Assembly (NCBI GenBank): GCA_024685175.1
Contig: JAIKWD010000016.1
Location: forward strand, 119,757 to 183,756
Reading direction: 5' to 3'
Length of the DNA stretch: 64,000 bases
Origin: Bacteroidales bacterium
GTDB taxonomy: Bacteria > Bacteroidota > Bacteroidia > Bacteroidales > WCHB1-69
Shown piece by piece: positions 9,581 through 19,186 of this stretch (position 1 is the first letter of the stretch; every line of letters begins with the position of its first letter). The notes under the pieces are model-generated. The model saw only the letters and a list, made by a program, of their open reading frames with translations. It made no database searches and was not told where the DNA came from. The position numbers and the translations under genes were made by a program.

Positions 9581-10705
9581 ATGAAAAAAGTTTTGACTTT
9601 CTGCCTATTGGCCCTTGCCGTTTTTTCTCTTTCTGCCCAACCTACAGTAGAGAAAAAAACAATCTTATTCCTAATACCTTTTTATTCCAACGAGTATAAT
9701 AGCACTGCCGCCACATCCGTGCGTAGTAGCAATGATATATACTCCATCAACTCATTCTTGTTGATGGGTTTTTGGGCTGGTGCCAAGGTGGCGCTTGACG
9801 AATATGCCGAACAAAATATACCTCTAGAAATTATCGTTAAGGATGTTACGGAGGACGAATCCAAATTGATTTCTATCATGGAGGATGAAAACCTGATGGA
9901 AAGGGTAGATGTGATAATTGGCCCCTTTTTCAGCAAACCGTTTGGTTTGGCGGCCAAATATGCAAAGAAATATGGCATTCCTATTGTTAACCCGTTCACT
10001 AATCGAAGAGATATTCTCAATAACAATGAATATGTGTACAAATTAACACCCACCATAAGTATTCGTCCTGCCATGATTGCCTATCAGGCAGAAAGATATC
10101 CTCAACATAATATTATTCTTTACGAAGACACAGCCATTAAAAATACCGAACAAAGTATTTATATACAGTATTTTAAAGAAAACAACATCCCGTTTACCCA
10201 CGTTCAATCCCAAAGTCAGATAATTAACAACTTGCAAACAGGAGCCAATAATATTATCCTGACCTTTGGAAGCAATACGGCAAAAATCATGGTATTGTCC
10301 CGTGACTTGTTGTATAAAGCAAAGAATGAAGACATTATCCTTGTAGTTCCTGATGAATGGCTAGAATCCAACACCTATGACGTGGAATACTATTCCAAAC
10401 TCAACCTACACTTCTTCTCCAATTATTTTGTAGACTATTCCGACCCGGAAACGCAAATTTTCATTCAAAAATATAAAGACAAATACAAGTCCATACCCAC
10501 AATGGACAACTATGCCTTTCAGGGTTATGATATAACAAGGTATTTTATAGAATTAGCGCGGAATGATGGGGATATTGATCGGGTTAAGATAAATGCTTTG
10601 TCATATCCGCTGAGTTTCGATAAAGTAAAAGACGGAGGATACGAAAATGTGAATGTTCACTTCTTGGAGATTTTCAACGATGAGATTCGCACTGTAATCT
10701 TTTAG
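9581..10705 (+). CDS. orphan periplasmic-binding-protein type 1-like lipoprotein or secreted protein
   Basis: 374 aa with a signal peptide. It has an alternating beta-alpha pattern with IIGPFFS and ILTFGSN blocks, as in LivK-type PBP1 folds. No transporter partner genes are nearby. Confidence 0.45.
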   Translation: MKKVLTFCLLALAVFSLSAQPTVEKKTILFLIPFYSNEYNSTAATSVRSSNDIYSINSFLLMGFWAGAKVALDEYAEQNIPLEIIVKDVTEDESKLISIMEDENLMERVDVIIGPFFSKPFGLAAKYAKKYGIPIVNPFTNRRDILNNNEYVYKLTPTISIRPAMIAYQAERYPQHNIILYEDTAIKNTEQSIYIQYFKENNIPFTHVQSQSQIINNLQTGANNIILTFGSNTAKIMVLSRDLLYKAKNEDIILVVPDEWLESNTYDVEYYSKLNLHFFSNYFVDYSDPETQIFIQKYKDKYKSIPTMDNYAFQGYDITRYFIELARNDGDIDRVKINALSYPLSFDKVKDGGYENVNVHFLEIFNDEIRTVIF

Positions 10706-11634
10706 TGGCGAAGCCGATGAACACATTTTAGTAATAGACCTTTAGTGAGCTTGATCATAGGAATGGGGTAGGGGGTTCCGCCCAAGCCTTTGTACATGCG
10801 GGCCACGTTCTCGTTGAGAGAACCGTTGAAGTCGAAGATAAGATCCTGTTCGGCGTTTTGTTTTAGATATTCGTTCAACAGAAAGAACATAGGTTTGCTG
10901 TTGGTGGCGCACTCATCGCGGCCGGAGAACCAAAACAGTCTTTTTTTGCCGTCAAGCACGATAAGCGCACCGGCAATGAGTTTTCCAGATTGGTTTCGCA
11001 CACCCCAAACATCCAAACAATTGTGGGACAAAAGAGCCTCCGAAGCACGGACTAATACCTCGTAGTCCCTGTCTCTATAATGCACAGCCTCGCTTTTGCC
11101 CCGATTGTTGCGAAATAATTCAATAATTTCGCACACTAATTTTTCATTCTTTTCTATTGTTAAAAAATGTTTTTCGGACGCTTTTATGTTTCGCTTCGTG
11201 TTTTGAGAAAAGGACTTATAAAGATTATCGTATGAAGCCTTGAGGTCGATTTGATGCGAAACGTAAGTGAAAACAGAATCGACGATGAGGTTCGATGGAT
11301 TGTGGGCATTTAGAAACAGGTCTACTTGTCTATATTTTGGTGGAATGGCTCGGAAGAAATCCAGCACTTTTTCCGCTGTCACGGGTTTTATTGAAAAGAT
11401 ACCCAACTGAGAGGCAAAAAAGGGAGTATATACATAACAGACACCCCATTTTTTACGGCATGGCAAAGGCATTACAGCCGAATAGTCGTCGTCAACAAGG
11501 GCGTTCCATTCACTGTTGTCTGTGAGAATATCCAGCAGTTCGCTGGTGGCAAAAACAGAAGGGTAGGGACTTGTCGTAACAACATGGTCCCATTTGTTTC
11601 GATCGAGGTCTTGGTGTTTGACGAACTGGATCAT
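10702..11634 (-). CDS. FemAB/BioF2-like GNAT-fold acetyltransferase (hypothetical)
   Basis: 310 aa. The C-terminal half (LIAGALIVLDGKKRLFWFSGRD...) resembles the Acetyltransf_6/FemAB family. Its start overlaps the gpsA stop codon (TAATG). Confidence 0.4.
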   Translation of the reverse strand: MIQFVKHQDLDRNKWDHVVTTSPYPSVFATSELLDILTDNSEWNALVDDDYSAVMPLPCRKKWGVCYVYTPFFASQLGIFSIKPVTAEKVLDFFRAIPPKYRQVDLFLNAHNPSNLIVDSVFTYVSHQIDLKASYDNLYKSFSQNTKRNIKASEKHFLTIEKNEKLVCEIIELFRNNRGKSEAVHYRDRDYEVLVRASEALLSHNCLDVWGVRNQSGKLIAGALIVLDGKKRLFWFSGRDECATNSKPMFFLLNEYLKQNAEQDLIFDFNGSLNENVARMYKGLGGTPYPIPMIKLTKGLLLKCVHRLRH

Positions 11635-12680
11635 TATATAAAATGTTCGGCGATGCGTTTCATCTCGGAAGAAACGTTGTTGTTTTCGTAAAGTACGCCG
11701 TAGATTGTCTCCACAATAGGTATTTCAGCAAGATATTTCTTGTTGATTTCGTGTACGCAGCGGCAGGCGGTGTAGCCTTCCGAAACCATGCGCAACTCCA
11801 TCAGGGAGACGCGTACGGAAAGCCCGTGGCCAATCATGATGCCGAACAGACGGTTACGGCTGTATGTGGAATACGCAGTCACCAGCAAGTCGCCTAGATA
11901 TACGGAGTCGGAGATGTGGCGGTTTTCGTTGGGATAGATCTTGGAGACAAAATATTTCATCTCTTTGAGGCAGTTGGCCACATAGGCTGCGATGAAGTTG
12001 TCGCCATAGCCGAGACCGCTGTAAATACCCGCGCCGAGAGCGTAAATATTCTTGAGTACGATAGAGAGTTCGGCGCCCATCATGTCTTTTGACACGGAGG
12101 TGCGGCAATAACGGTTGGTGAAGAACTTGGCCACGGTAGAGGCCAAATCCAGGTTTTCGGAGGCGGCTGTGAGGAAAGTGAATTTTTCCTGTGCAATCTC
12201 CTCTGCATGAGACGGACCGCTGATAATGGACATGTTTTCCAGCGGAACCTTGAATTCCGTCTGCATGTAATTGCTAATCAGCTGCATGGTCTCAGGTACG
12301 ATACCCTTGACGGCCAAGATGATTTTCTTCTTGTTCAGTTGGCTTCGGTGCAAGGGCTCCAAAGTCTTGTGCAAATACGCGGATGGAGTAACTATGATGA
12401 CATAATCGGCCTTGGAAACCACGGCTTTTATATTAGTGTTAACCTTGACTTCTTCCGGGTTGATGAGCACGGAGCTTAAATATTTCGGGTTGTGTCCGTA
12501 TTGCAGAATGTGAGTGGCCACCTCCTCGTCACGGACCCACCAATGAATGTGTTCCAGGTTGGAGGAGATGATTTTGATAATGGCCGTGGCCCAGCTGCCT
12601 CCTCCCAGCACGGCTACGCGATAACGCAGACGCGTCTTCTTGCTTCTCGGTATGATGGGTAGGAAATCCTTTTTCGCCAT
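11634..12680 (-). CDS. gpsA: NAD(P)H-dependent glycerol-3-phosphate dehydrogenase
   Basis: 348 aa with the Rossmann motif VAVLGGGSWATAI and GpsA-type blocks LKNIYALGAG and GEGYTA-like. Confidence 0.85.
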   Translation of the reverse strand: MAKKDFLPIIPRSKKTRLRYRVAVLGGGSWATAIIKIISSNLEHIHWWVRDEEVATHILQYGHNPKYLSSVLINPEEVKVNTNIKAVVSKADYVIIVTPSAYLHKTLEPLHRSQLNKKKIILAVKGIVPETMQLISNYMQTEFKVPLENMSIISGPSHAEEIAQEKFTFLTAASENLDLASTVAKFFTNRYCRTSVSKDMMGAELSIVLKNIYALGAGIYSGLGYGDNFIAAYVANCLKEMKYFVSKIYPNENRHISDSVYLGDLLVTAYSTYSRNRLFGIMIGHGLSVRVSLMELRMVSEGYTACRCVHEINKKYLAEIPIVETIYGVLYENNNVSSEMKRIAEHFI

Positions 12681-12708
12681 TTTATGATTTTAACATTTTT
12701 TAAGGCTG

Positions 12709-12716
12709 CAAAGATA
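12709..12716 (-). promoter_or_regulatory. -7 box TATCTTTG for gpsA
   Basis: Matches TAnnTTTG on the minus strand, 28 nt upstream of the gpsA ATG. Confidence 0.55.
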
Positions 12717-12760
12717 CAAAAATGTATAGACATAACGTTGATAGTCTCCATAATATTTAG

Positions 12761-12768
12761 TATTTTTG
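12761..12768 (+). promoter_or_regulatory. -7 box TATTTTTG for the alkaline phosphatase gene
   Basis: Matches TAnnTTTG, 19 nt upstream of the ATG at 12788. Confidence 0.55.
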
Positions 12769-12787
12769 CCCGCATTTTGTTTATTAT

Positions 12788-14428
12788 ATGATGAAGAAGT
12801 TCCTTACATGTAACCTTTTGTTAATGATGGTTTTTGCCTTGTGCGCCCAGCCCAAGCCCATCAAAAACATGATTGTCTTGATTCCGGATGGCACATCCAC
12901 AAGCCTTCTTTCAACGACACGTTGGTATCAGACATATCAGGATCCAAGCAAAAAGAACCTTAATATCGACGAATTTATAAGGGGCCTGGTGGGCACTTGT
13001 TCATCGGATGCACCCATTGGCGACTCCGCGCCAACGACCAGTTGCTATATGACGGGGCAGATGAGCCAAACGGGTTTTGTTTCTACTTACCCTGTAAAGA
13101 CAGATCATGACATTCTACCAGTTGATGCCACTAAGGCCTACCAACCTTTGGCCACGCTGCTCGAGGCATCCAAACAGATGCTCAATAAATCCACGGGCTT
13201 GGTCTTCACTTGCGAATTTCCACACGCTACGCCCGCGGATTGTGCTGCCCACACCTATAATCGAGGCAGCTACAAGACCATCATCCCGCAGATGGTCCAT
13301 AACAGAGTGGACGTTGTCATCGGCGGCGGCACCTCTTATTTGACCGAAGAGTACCAGTCCTATCTCAAGGATCACGGCTATCAGGTGATGCTTGACGATA
13401 TGACGTCTATGCGCAATTGCCACAAGGCCCCCTTCTGGGCACTGTACGGAAAGTATTTTGTACCGTACGAGTTGGAGCGCGACCCCAGCACCACACCTTC
13501 GCTCGCCGAAATGACCCGCAAGGCCATCGAAGTCCTGTCGCAAGACCCCGACGGCTTCTTCTTGATGGTGGAAGGTAGCAAAGTCGACTGGGCCGCTCAC
13601 GACAATGATGGCAAGACCGCTGTTACCGAATTCCTCGCTTTCGACCAGGCTTGCAAAGTGGCCTTCGACTATGCCAAACAAGACGGTCAAACCGTGGTGG
13701 TGGTGGTCCCCGACCATGGCACTGGTGCCGTGACAATCGGTAATACCAAATCAAATCACGGCTACGATAGATTCTCCCTTAAACAACTTATGGAGCCAGT
13801 TGACGATTACAAAATACCCGTTTCGTCGATGGCTCAAAAGATTTTACCGCTGGAAACCTCGGAATGGGCCCCACTGTTCGAGAAATATTACAACATCCAA
13901 CTCACACCCGCCGACATCGAGTTTCTGCAGGGCGCTCGCGACTATGAAAAATCCTCGCTTAGTAAGGAACAGCGCAAAGGAAACCACTCTATGACCAAGA
14001 CACTGAGCCAATTCTTGTACTCTCGCACCTATTTCGGTTTCACTACATTCGGTCACACCATCGAAAATGTTTTCTATGCCATGTATCATCCACAGAACGA
14101 CGTGCTTAACGGATACATCACCAACATGCAGCTTCATGAGTACATGGCTCGCCAACTCAATCTTACCGATTCATTGCCCAAACTCACCGAAGAGATATAT
14201 GCCGATCACCACAAAGTGTTCGAAGGATATAAAATCCAGGTGGACAGTCTGGACAAAACCCATTATCGCCTTATAGTCAAAAACAAACGAAACACTTTGA
14301 CAACAGATAGTTATTCCAATACTATTACCGTCAATAAAAAGGAAATCGAGCTTCCCTCCGTGGTGGTGTTTATGCCCAAAAACAAGACTTTTTATCTTCC
14401 GAAGGAAACAAGAAATTATTTAGAGTAA
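12788..14428 (+). CDS. alkaline phosphatase family protein with a C-terminal extension
   Basis: 546 aa with a signal peptide. It carries IPDGTSTS, the GDSAPT Ser nucleophile block, DCAAHTY, VDWAAHDND and PDHGTG metal-ligand motifs. Confidence 0.8.
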   Translation: MMKKFLTCNLLLMMVFALCAQPKPIKNMIVLIPDGTSTSLLSTTRWYQTYQDPSKKNLNIDEFIRGLVGTCSSDAPIGDSAPTTSCYMTGQMSQTGFVSTYPVKTDHDILPVDATKAYQPLATLLEASKQMLNKSTGLVFTCEFPHATPADCAAHTYNRGSYKTIIPQMVHNRVDVVIGGGTSYLTEEYQSYLKDHGYQVMLDDMTSMRNCHKAPFWALYGKYFVPYELERDPSTTPSLAEMTRKAIEVLSQDPDGFFLMVEGSKVDWAAHDNDGKTAVTEFLAFDQACKVAFDYAKQDGQTVVVVVPDHGTGAVTIGNTKSNHGYDRFSLKQLMEPVDDYKIPVSSMAQKILPLETSEWAPLFEKYYNIQLTPADIEFLQGARDYEKSSLSKEQRKGNHSMTKTLSQFLYSRTYFGFTTFGHTIENVFYAMYHPQNDVLNGYITNMQLHEYMARQLNLTDSLPKLTEEIYADHHKVFEGYKIQVDSLDKTHYRLIVKNKRNTLTTDSYSNTITVNKKEIELPSVVVFMPKNKTFYLPKETRNYLE

Positions 14429-14469
14429 CAAACATATTTTCAATAGATTATTAATTAAAAATCACAATA

Positions 14470-15408
14470 ATGGAAACCACATCAAATTTTGACAATCAAA
14501 ATTCCACCCAAGAAAGCAATCCCTTAAAGAAATGGGTGGTGTTATTGGGTATTTTGGCGGGTGTATTTTTGGCCACCACGCTTTATTTCGGTTTTTTTGC
14601 CAAGCCAGTATTGAACCAAGCCTACACGAAAGTGGAAAACAGCAATATTGAGCTTCAAGCAGAATTGGACTCTCTTTTGTCGGAACATGAAAAGATCAAA
14701 GCGCAATACGGAGATCTATCTGATCAATTAAGCGAGAAAGATAGTATTATCATGGCCAATGCCGCCCACATTGAAGAACTTATCAACTCCCAGGCCGATT
14801 ATCGAAAGATCAAACGCCAACTTGCCCGATTGCAAAACATCTCGCAAGAATATGTTCAGGAGATGGATAAGTTGTATAAAGAAAACAAAGCCTTGAAGAT
14901 AGAAAACGATTCCGTCAAGGCGGATCTTGCTCAAGAACGCTTAGACAAAGAGAATGTGCAAAAATCCAACGAGGCTCTTAGCGCAAAGATTAGTGGCGCA
15001 GCCGTGTTTAAAGCATATAATATCCGCAGCGCAGGCTATATGTTGAAGAACAAAGGCGGTGAAGAGGTTACCGATAAGGCTGGACGCGTGAAACGTATTA
15101 AGACCACGTTCATCTTGGGCGAAAACTCACTCATCGAAGCCGGCCCCGTCAATGTTTATTGCCGTATTGCCATTCCAGGAACGGGCAAAGTGCTTACACC
15201 TGGATCAGGAGAGACATACTCTTTTGTTCATAATGGCCAACGTCTACAATATTCTACCAAGACGGTCGTCAACTACGACAACCAAGCCAAGAATGTAACG
15301 ATGAATTGGGATCTTGAACCGGACGACAAGGCTATCAAAGGTAAATATGTTGTACAAGTGTTTACAGATGATCAATTCCTTGGCGAAAGCTATTTCACGC
15401 TTAAATAA
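14470..15408 (+). CDS. hypothetical membrane-anchored coiled-coil protein with a C-terminal beta-rich domain
   Basis: 312 aa with one TM helix (WVVLLGILAGVFLATTLYFGFF), about 130 aa of heptad-like charged sequence, then a beta-rich domain. No family was recognised. Confidence 0.45.
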   Translation: METTSNFDNQNSTQESNPLKKWVVLLGILAGVFLATTLYFGFFAKPVLNQAYTKVENSNIELQAELDSLLSEHEKIKAQYGDLSDQLSEKDSIIMANAAHIEELINSQADYRKIKRQLARLQNISQEYVQEMDKLYKENKALKIENDSVKADLAQERLDKENVQKSNEALSAKISGAAVFKAYNIRSAGYMLKNKGGEEVTDKAGRVKRIKTTFILGENSLIEAGPVNVYCRIAIPGTGKVLTPGSGETYSFVHNGQRLQYSTKTVVNYDNQAKNVTMNWDLEPDDKAIKGKYVVQVFTDDQFLGESYFTLK

Positions 15409-15444
15409 TCCATCCTACTTTTTCAAAGCTGAAACTTCATATCC

Positions 15445-16395
15445 ATGGTTAGTCGCAGATATCTGAGAACCAAGGCAATGCAGGCCTTGTATGCGCATAG
15501 CATTAAACCCTTTGAAGACCCTCTTGCCGCCCAAAGGGATCTTGTAAAAACCGTCAAGAACTGCTATGTGCTCTTCCTGTGGCTTTGTTCTATCCTGCCC
15601 GAGGTCACCTTTTATCGAAGAAACAAACTGGAAGATCTCAAAAGTAAACATAATCCGACAGCAGAAGATCTTAACCCCAACACCAATTTTGTAGACAATC
15701 AAGTCATCCAACAGCTCGAGGATAATGCCATGTTGCAACAGCTATTCATTAATAACCATATTGAATGGTCCAACGACATTGATTTTATTCCCCGTCTCTT
15801 CCATCTTATTGAAGACACAGAGTTTTACAAAGCATATATGTCTAAACCAGAACACAGTTATAATGAAGATAAGCAGTTGGTGGTTGATATTATAGAAAAC
15901 ATTTTAGGCCAAGATGACTATATTCGTTGGTATTTCAGTGAAAAAGACCCTAATTGGCTGGACGATTATGATGAAGCTTTGATGATGTTCTATAAAAACA
16001 TTTCCAAGTTTAAAGCCAAAGCGGGCAACGACAATAAGATTTTACCCCTGTACAAGAATCCAAAAGAGGAAGAGGATTTTGTGAGAGACTTGTTCGCCAA
16101 GACAATTCAACACGATGCCGAATATGAAGCGATGATAGAGTCTAAATTACAAAATTGGGAAATGGAAAGGGTGATTGGCATGGATGTATTGCTGATGAAA
16201 ATGGCAATTTGTGAATTTCTAGAGTTTCCAACGGTGCCCATTAAAGTGACGATGAACGAATATATTGATCTGGCAAAACTGTACAGCTCGGAGAAAAGCC
16301 GTCTTTTTGTTAACGGAATACTGGATCGTCTTATCGTGGACTTAAAAGAAGAAGGACGGATTGTGAAAACAGGCGAAGGATTGTATCAAAATTAA
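15445..16395 (+). CDS. nusB: transcription antitermination factor NusB (long Bacteroidetes form)
   Basis: The N-terminus SRRYLRTKAMQALYA and the C-terminal NusB fold block (ERVIGMDVLLMKMAICEF...NEYIDLAKLYS...FVNGILD) are both present. Confidence 0.8.
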   Translation: MVSRRYLRTKAMQALYAHSIKPFEDPLAAQRDLVKTVKNCYVLFLWLCSILPEVTFYRRNKLEDLKSKHNPTAEDLNPNTNFVDNQVIQQLEDNAMLQQLFINNHIEWSNDIDFIPRLFHLIEDTEFYKAYMSKPEHSYNEDKQLVVDIIENILGQDDYIRWYFSEKDPNWLDDYDEALMMFYKNISKFKAKAGNDNKILPLYKNPKEEEDFVRDLFAKTIQHDAEYEAMIESKLQNWEMERVIGMDVLLMKMAICEFLEFPTVPIKVTMNEYIDLAKLYSSEKSRLFVNGILDRLIVDLKEEGRIVKTGEGLYQN

Positions 16396-16404
16396 TCAAG
16401 AAGT

Positions 16405-16875
16405 ATGAAAAGTGTTAAAATATTGACAGTTATAGTGTTGGGTTTGCTTATTGCGGTTTCGTGCAACCGTAAGTCCGCCCAAGAAGGCGACTTTAAGGTA
16501 TCGGATGTGCACATTCCTGCAACTGCTGATGGCATGTCCAAAAAAGACAAAGATAAGTTGCCGGTGATAGAATTTGAAAAGACGACGTATGATTTTGGAG
16601 AAGTGGTTAAAGGAGAAAAACTATCATATACTTTCAAATTCAAGAATACGGGAAAGTCCAACTTGATCATCTATTCTTCTGAGGCCACATGTGGTTGCAC
16701 TACTTCCACTCCACCCAAAGCGCCTATTCGCCCTGGTGAAACGGGTGAGATACAAGTCACATTTGATTCCCAAAATCAGAACGGCAAAGTGCAGAAGAGA
16801 ATTTTAGTGGGAGCCAACACCTATCCATCCGAAACGATTCTGACCATCACGGCGAACGTGACGTCAAGTAAGTAA
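16405..16875 (+). CDS. DUF1573 domain protein
   Basis: 156 aa lipoprotein-like signal sequence. YDFGEVVKGEKLSYTFKFKNTGKSNLII...CGCT is the DUF1573 signature. Confidence 0.75.
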   Translation: MKSVKILTVIVLGLLIAVSCNRKSAQEGDFKVSDVHIPATADGMSKKDKDKLPVIEFEKTTYDFGEVVKGEKLSYTFKFKNTGKSNLIIYSSEATCGCTTSTPPKAPIRPGETGEIQVTFDSQNQNGKVQKRILVGANTYPSETILTITANVTSSK

Positions 16876-16903
16876 ATTATTAATTCACCTAAAAATATTG
16901 AAA

Positions 16904-17236
16904 ATGTATCAAATTTTACCTTTGTTGCAAGCTGCAGCACCCAATGCCGCCAAAGGAAGCGGCACCATTAGTTTGCTTTTCATCCTGCTCATTATCGTGG
17001 TTTTCTATTTCTTTATGATTCGTCCTCAACAAAAGCGTCAGAAGAAAATGGAAGAATTCAAGAAAAGCTTGGAAAAAGGCGATAAAGTTACCACTATTGG
17101 AGGTATCCATGGCAAGATCGTTGAAGTCAAGGAAAGCACTTTCGTCGTCGAAATCGCCAATGACGTGCGTATAGAAGTTGACAAGGCTGCCATCGCCGTG
17201 GACGAAGCTCAAATGGCCAGCAAACAACAGAAATAA
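16904..17236 (+). CDS. yajC: preprotein translocase subunit YajC
   Basis: FFMIRPQQKRQKK followed by GDKVTTIGGIHGKI is the YajC signature. The start was set at the first ATG, because the track start is TTG. Confidence 0.85.
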   Translation: MYQILPLLQAAAPNAAKGSGTISLLFILLIIVVFYFFMIRPQQKRQKKMEEFKKSLEKGDKVTTIGGIHGKIVEVKESTFVVEIANDVRIEVDKAAIAVDEAQMASKQQK

Positions 17237-17257
17237 CAGTCTGATTGATAAGCGACA

Positions 17258-17662
17258 ATGCCTAAGCAAAAGTTGAAATTGCCATCTTTGGCCTTTTTTG
17301 TGTGTCTGGTTATCGCCGTGGTTGCATGGGTTGTGGTAACCTTTTCAAAAGATTATCGCGTCACGTACAATTTCAAGGTGCAGTGTTATAATTTGCCTCA
17401 AGGCAAGAAATCAGTTACGGTTTCAGACACTGTTTTTTCGTTGACATTCAATCAAAAAGGGTTGAATTATCTACGTAAACCTTTTAACAAAAAAGACAAG
17501 GTTGTATACGTATCGGTTTCCGATCTTATCAAGCCCAAAAAGAAGGTGACAGTTTACACTTTTACCAACAAAGAGATGCGAGAGTTCTTGTCTCGTTATA
17601 ACTTCGGCTCCGAGCTGGTCGCCGTAGAAGAGCCTGAAGTGGTTACGTTTTATTTGCACTGA
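17258..17662 (+). CDS. YbbR-like domain protein (hypothetical)
   Basis: 134 aa with an N-terminal TM helix. It lies between yajC and coaE, as in other Bacteroidetes. The family call is tentative. Confidence 0.4.
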   Translation: MPKQKLKLPSLAFFVCLVIAVVAWVVVTFSKDYRVTYNFKVQCYNLPQGKKSVTVSDTVFSLTFNQKGLNYLRKPFNKKDKVVYVSVSDLIKPKKKVTVYTFTNKEMREFLSRYNFGSELVAVEEPEVVTFYLH

Positions 17663-18228
17663 TGTATAAAATCGCGCTTACTGGCGGCATCGGAACAGGC
17701 AAGACATATCTGTCAACCCATTTTGTGGAAATGGGCATTCCTGTTTTTTATGCCGACGATGAAGCAAAAAAGCTTTACGAAGACCCACATTTTCTAGCAA
17801 AGCTTTGCGCTCGATTTGGCGATGACATTTTATCAAAAGAGGGTGGGTTGAATCGCACTATTCTGGCATCCCGTGTTTTTTCAGACGCAGATACTCTGCA
17901 TGAGTTGAACGCATTGGTGCATCCCGCCGTCATGAATCTCTTTGATCAATGGTGCGCCCATCAAGAGGCAAAGGCGGTCATGATGGAATCCGCCATCATC
18001 TTTGAAGGTCATCTGGAGGGTTATTTTGATAAGATTATCGTGGCGGACGCTCCACTGGAGCTGCGGATACAACGAGTAATGTCCCGCAATCCCGAAATGA
18101 CCCGTGACCAAGTATTACAAAGAATGTCCAAGCAATTGCCCCAAGAAGAAAAGTGCAGCCGTGCCGATTTGGTTATCTGTACAGGCGAAACGTATACAAT
18201 GAGCAAAGACTTTAACCGTTTTGTTTAA
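17662..18228 (+). CDS. coaE: dephospho-CoA kinase
   Basis: 188 aa with P-loop GGIGTGKT and the CoaE-type block VHPAV... Confidence 0.85.
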   Translation: MYKIALTGGIGTGKTYLSTHFVEMGIPVFYADDEAKKLYEDPHFLAKLCARFGDDILSKEGGLNRTILASRVFSDADTLHELNALVHPAVMNLFDQWCAHQEAKAVMMESAIIFEGHLEGYFDKIIVADAPLELRIQRVMSRNPEMTRDQVLQRMSKQLPQEEKCSRADLVICTGETYTMSKDFNRFV

Positions 18229-18310
18229 CCTTATAGTTATTCATATTCAAAAACGGTTAAAACAAACACCACTGACGTCTAACCCCTGGCAACTGACAAC
18301 TTATTTTTCG

Positions 18311-18318
18311 TATCTTTG
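18311..18318 (+). promoter_or_regulatory. -7 box TATCTTTG for thyA
   Basis: Matches TAnnTTTG, 22 nt upstream of the ATG at 18341. Confidence 0.55.
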
Positions 18319-18340
18319 CAACCTCTAAAAGAATGTTGCA

Positions 18341-19135
18341 ATGAAGCAGTACCAGGATCTTCTTCGTACTATATTGGAAACCGGCGCGTACAAGTCCGAC
18401 CGCACGGGCACGGGTACCTACAGCATCTTCGGATACCAGATGCGTTTCGACCTCTCCAAAGGTTTTCCATTGTTGACGACCAAGAAGTTACATCTGCGTT
18501 CCATCATTTACGAGTTGCTCTGGTTCCTGCAAGGTGACACCAATGTGAAATACCTACACGACCATGGTGTTACCATTTGGGACGAATGGGCGGATCCTAA
18601 CGGTGATCTTGGGCCCATCTATGGCAAGCAATGGCGTTCGTGGGGCACTCCCTCCGGCGGTCAAGTGGACCAGATCAGACAACTGATCGAGCAGATCAAG
18701 ACCAACCCCGACTCGCGTCGGCTGATGGTGTGTGCCTGGAATGTGGGCGAAATTGACAAAATGGCCCTGCCACCTTGTCACGTGCTATTCCAATTCTATG
18801 TCAACCAAGGCCAAATCTCCCTGCAACTCTACCAACGTAGCGCCGACGTGTTCTTGGGCGTGCCGTTCAACATCGCCTCATACGCTCTTTTGTTGATGAT
18901 GGTGGCCCAGGTGTGCGGTCTCAAACCCAAGGAGTTTGTCCACACTCTCGGCGATGCCCATATCTATTCCAACCACGTGGAACAGGCCAAGTTGCAACTC
19001 ACTCGCGAGCCGAGACCCCTGCCCACGATGCTCATCAATCCCGAAGTCAAAGACATCTTCCAATTCCAGTACGAAGACTTCCATCTTGAAAACTACGATC
19101 CGCATCCGCACATCAAAGCCGATGTGGCAATTTGA
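18341..19135 (+). CDS. thyA: thymidylate synthase (ThyA type)
   Basis: 264 aa. MKQYQDLL..., DRTGTGT, LPPCH active-site Cys and [20 protein letters not shown] are all present. Confidence 0.95.
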   Translation: MKQYQDLLRTILETGAYKSDRTGTGTYSIFGYQMRFDLSKGFPLLTTKKLHLRSIIYELLWFLQGDTNVKYLHDHGVTIWDEWADPNGDLGPIYGKQWRSWGTPSGGQVDQIRQLIEQIKTNPDSRRLMVCAWNVGEIDKMALPPCHVLFQFYVNQGQISLQLYQRSADVFLGVPFNIASYALLLMMVAQVCGLKPKEFVHTLGDAHIYSNHVEQAKLQLTREPRPLPTMLINPEVKDIFQFQYEDFHLENYDPHPHIKADVAI

Positions 19136-19186
19136 TAACCCAGTACAGCCGCAAACAAGGCGGCTCAACGATAAAAACTTACAATT

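Noticed and set aside
18209-18264. 12-bp inverted repeat (TTTAACCGTTTT / AAAACGGTTAAA) with a 32-nt loop across the coaE stop codon
   Set aside because: The loop is too long for a typical terminator, the arms are AT-rich, and it is a single occurrence. It is probably chance or a weak terminator.
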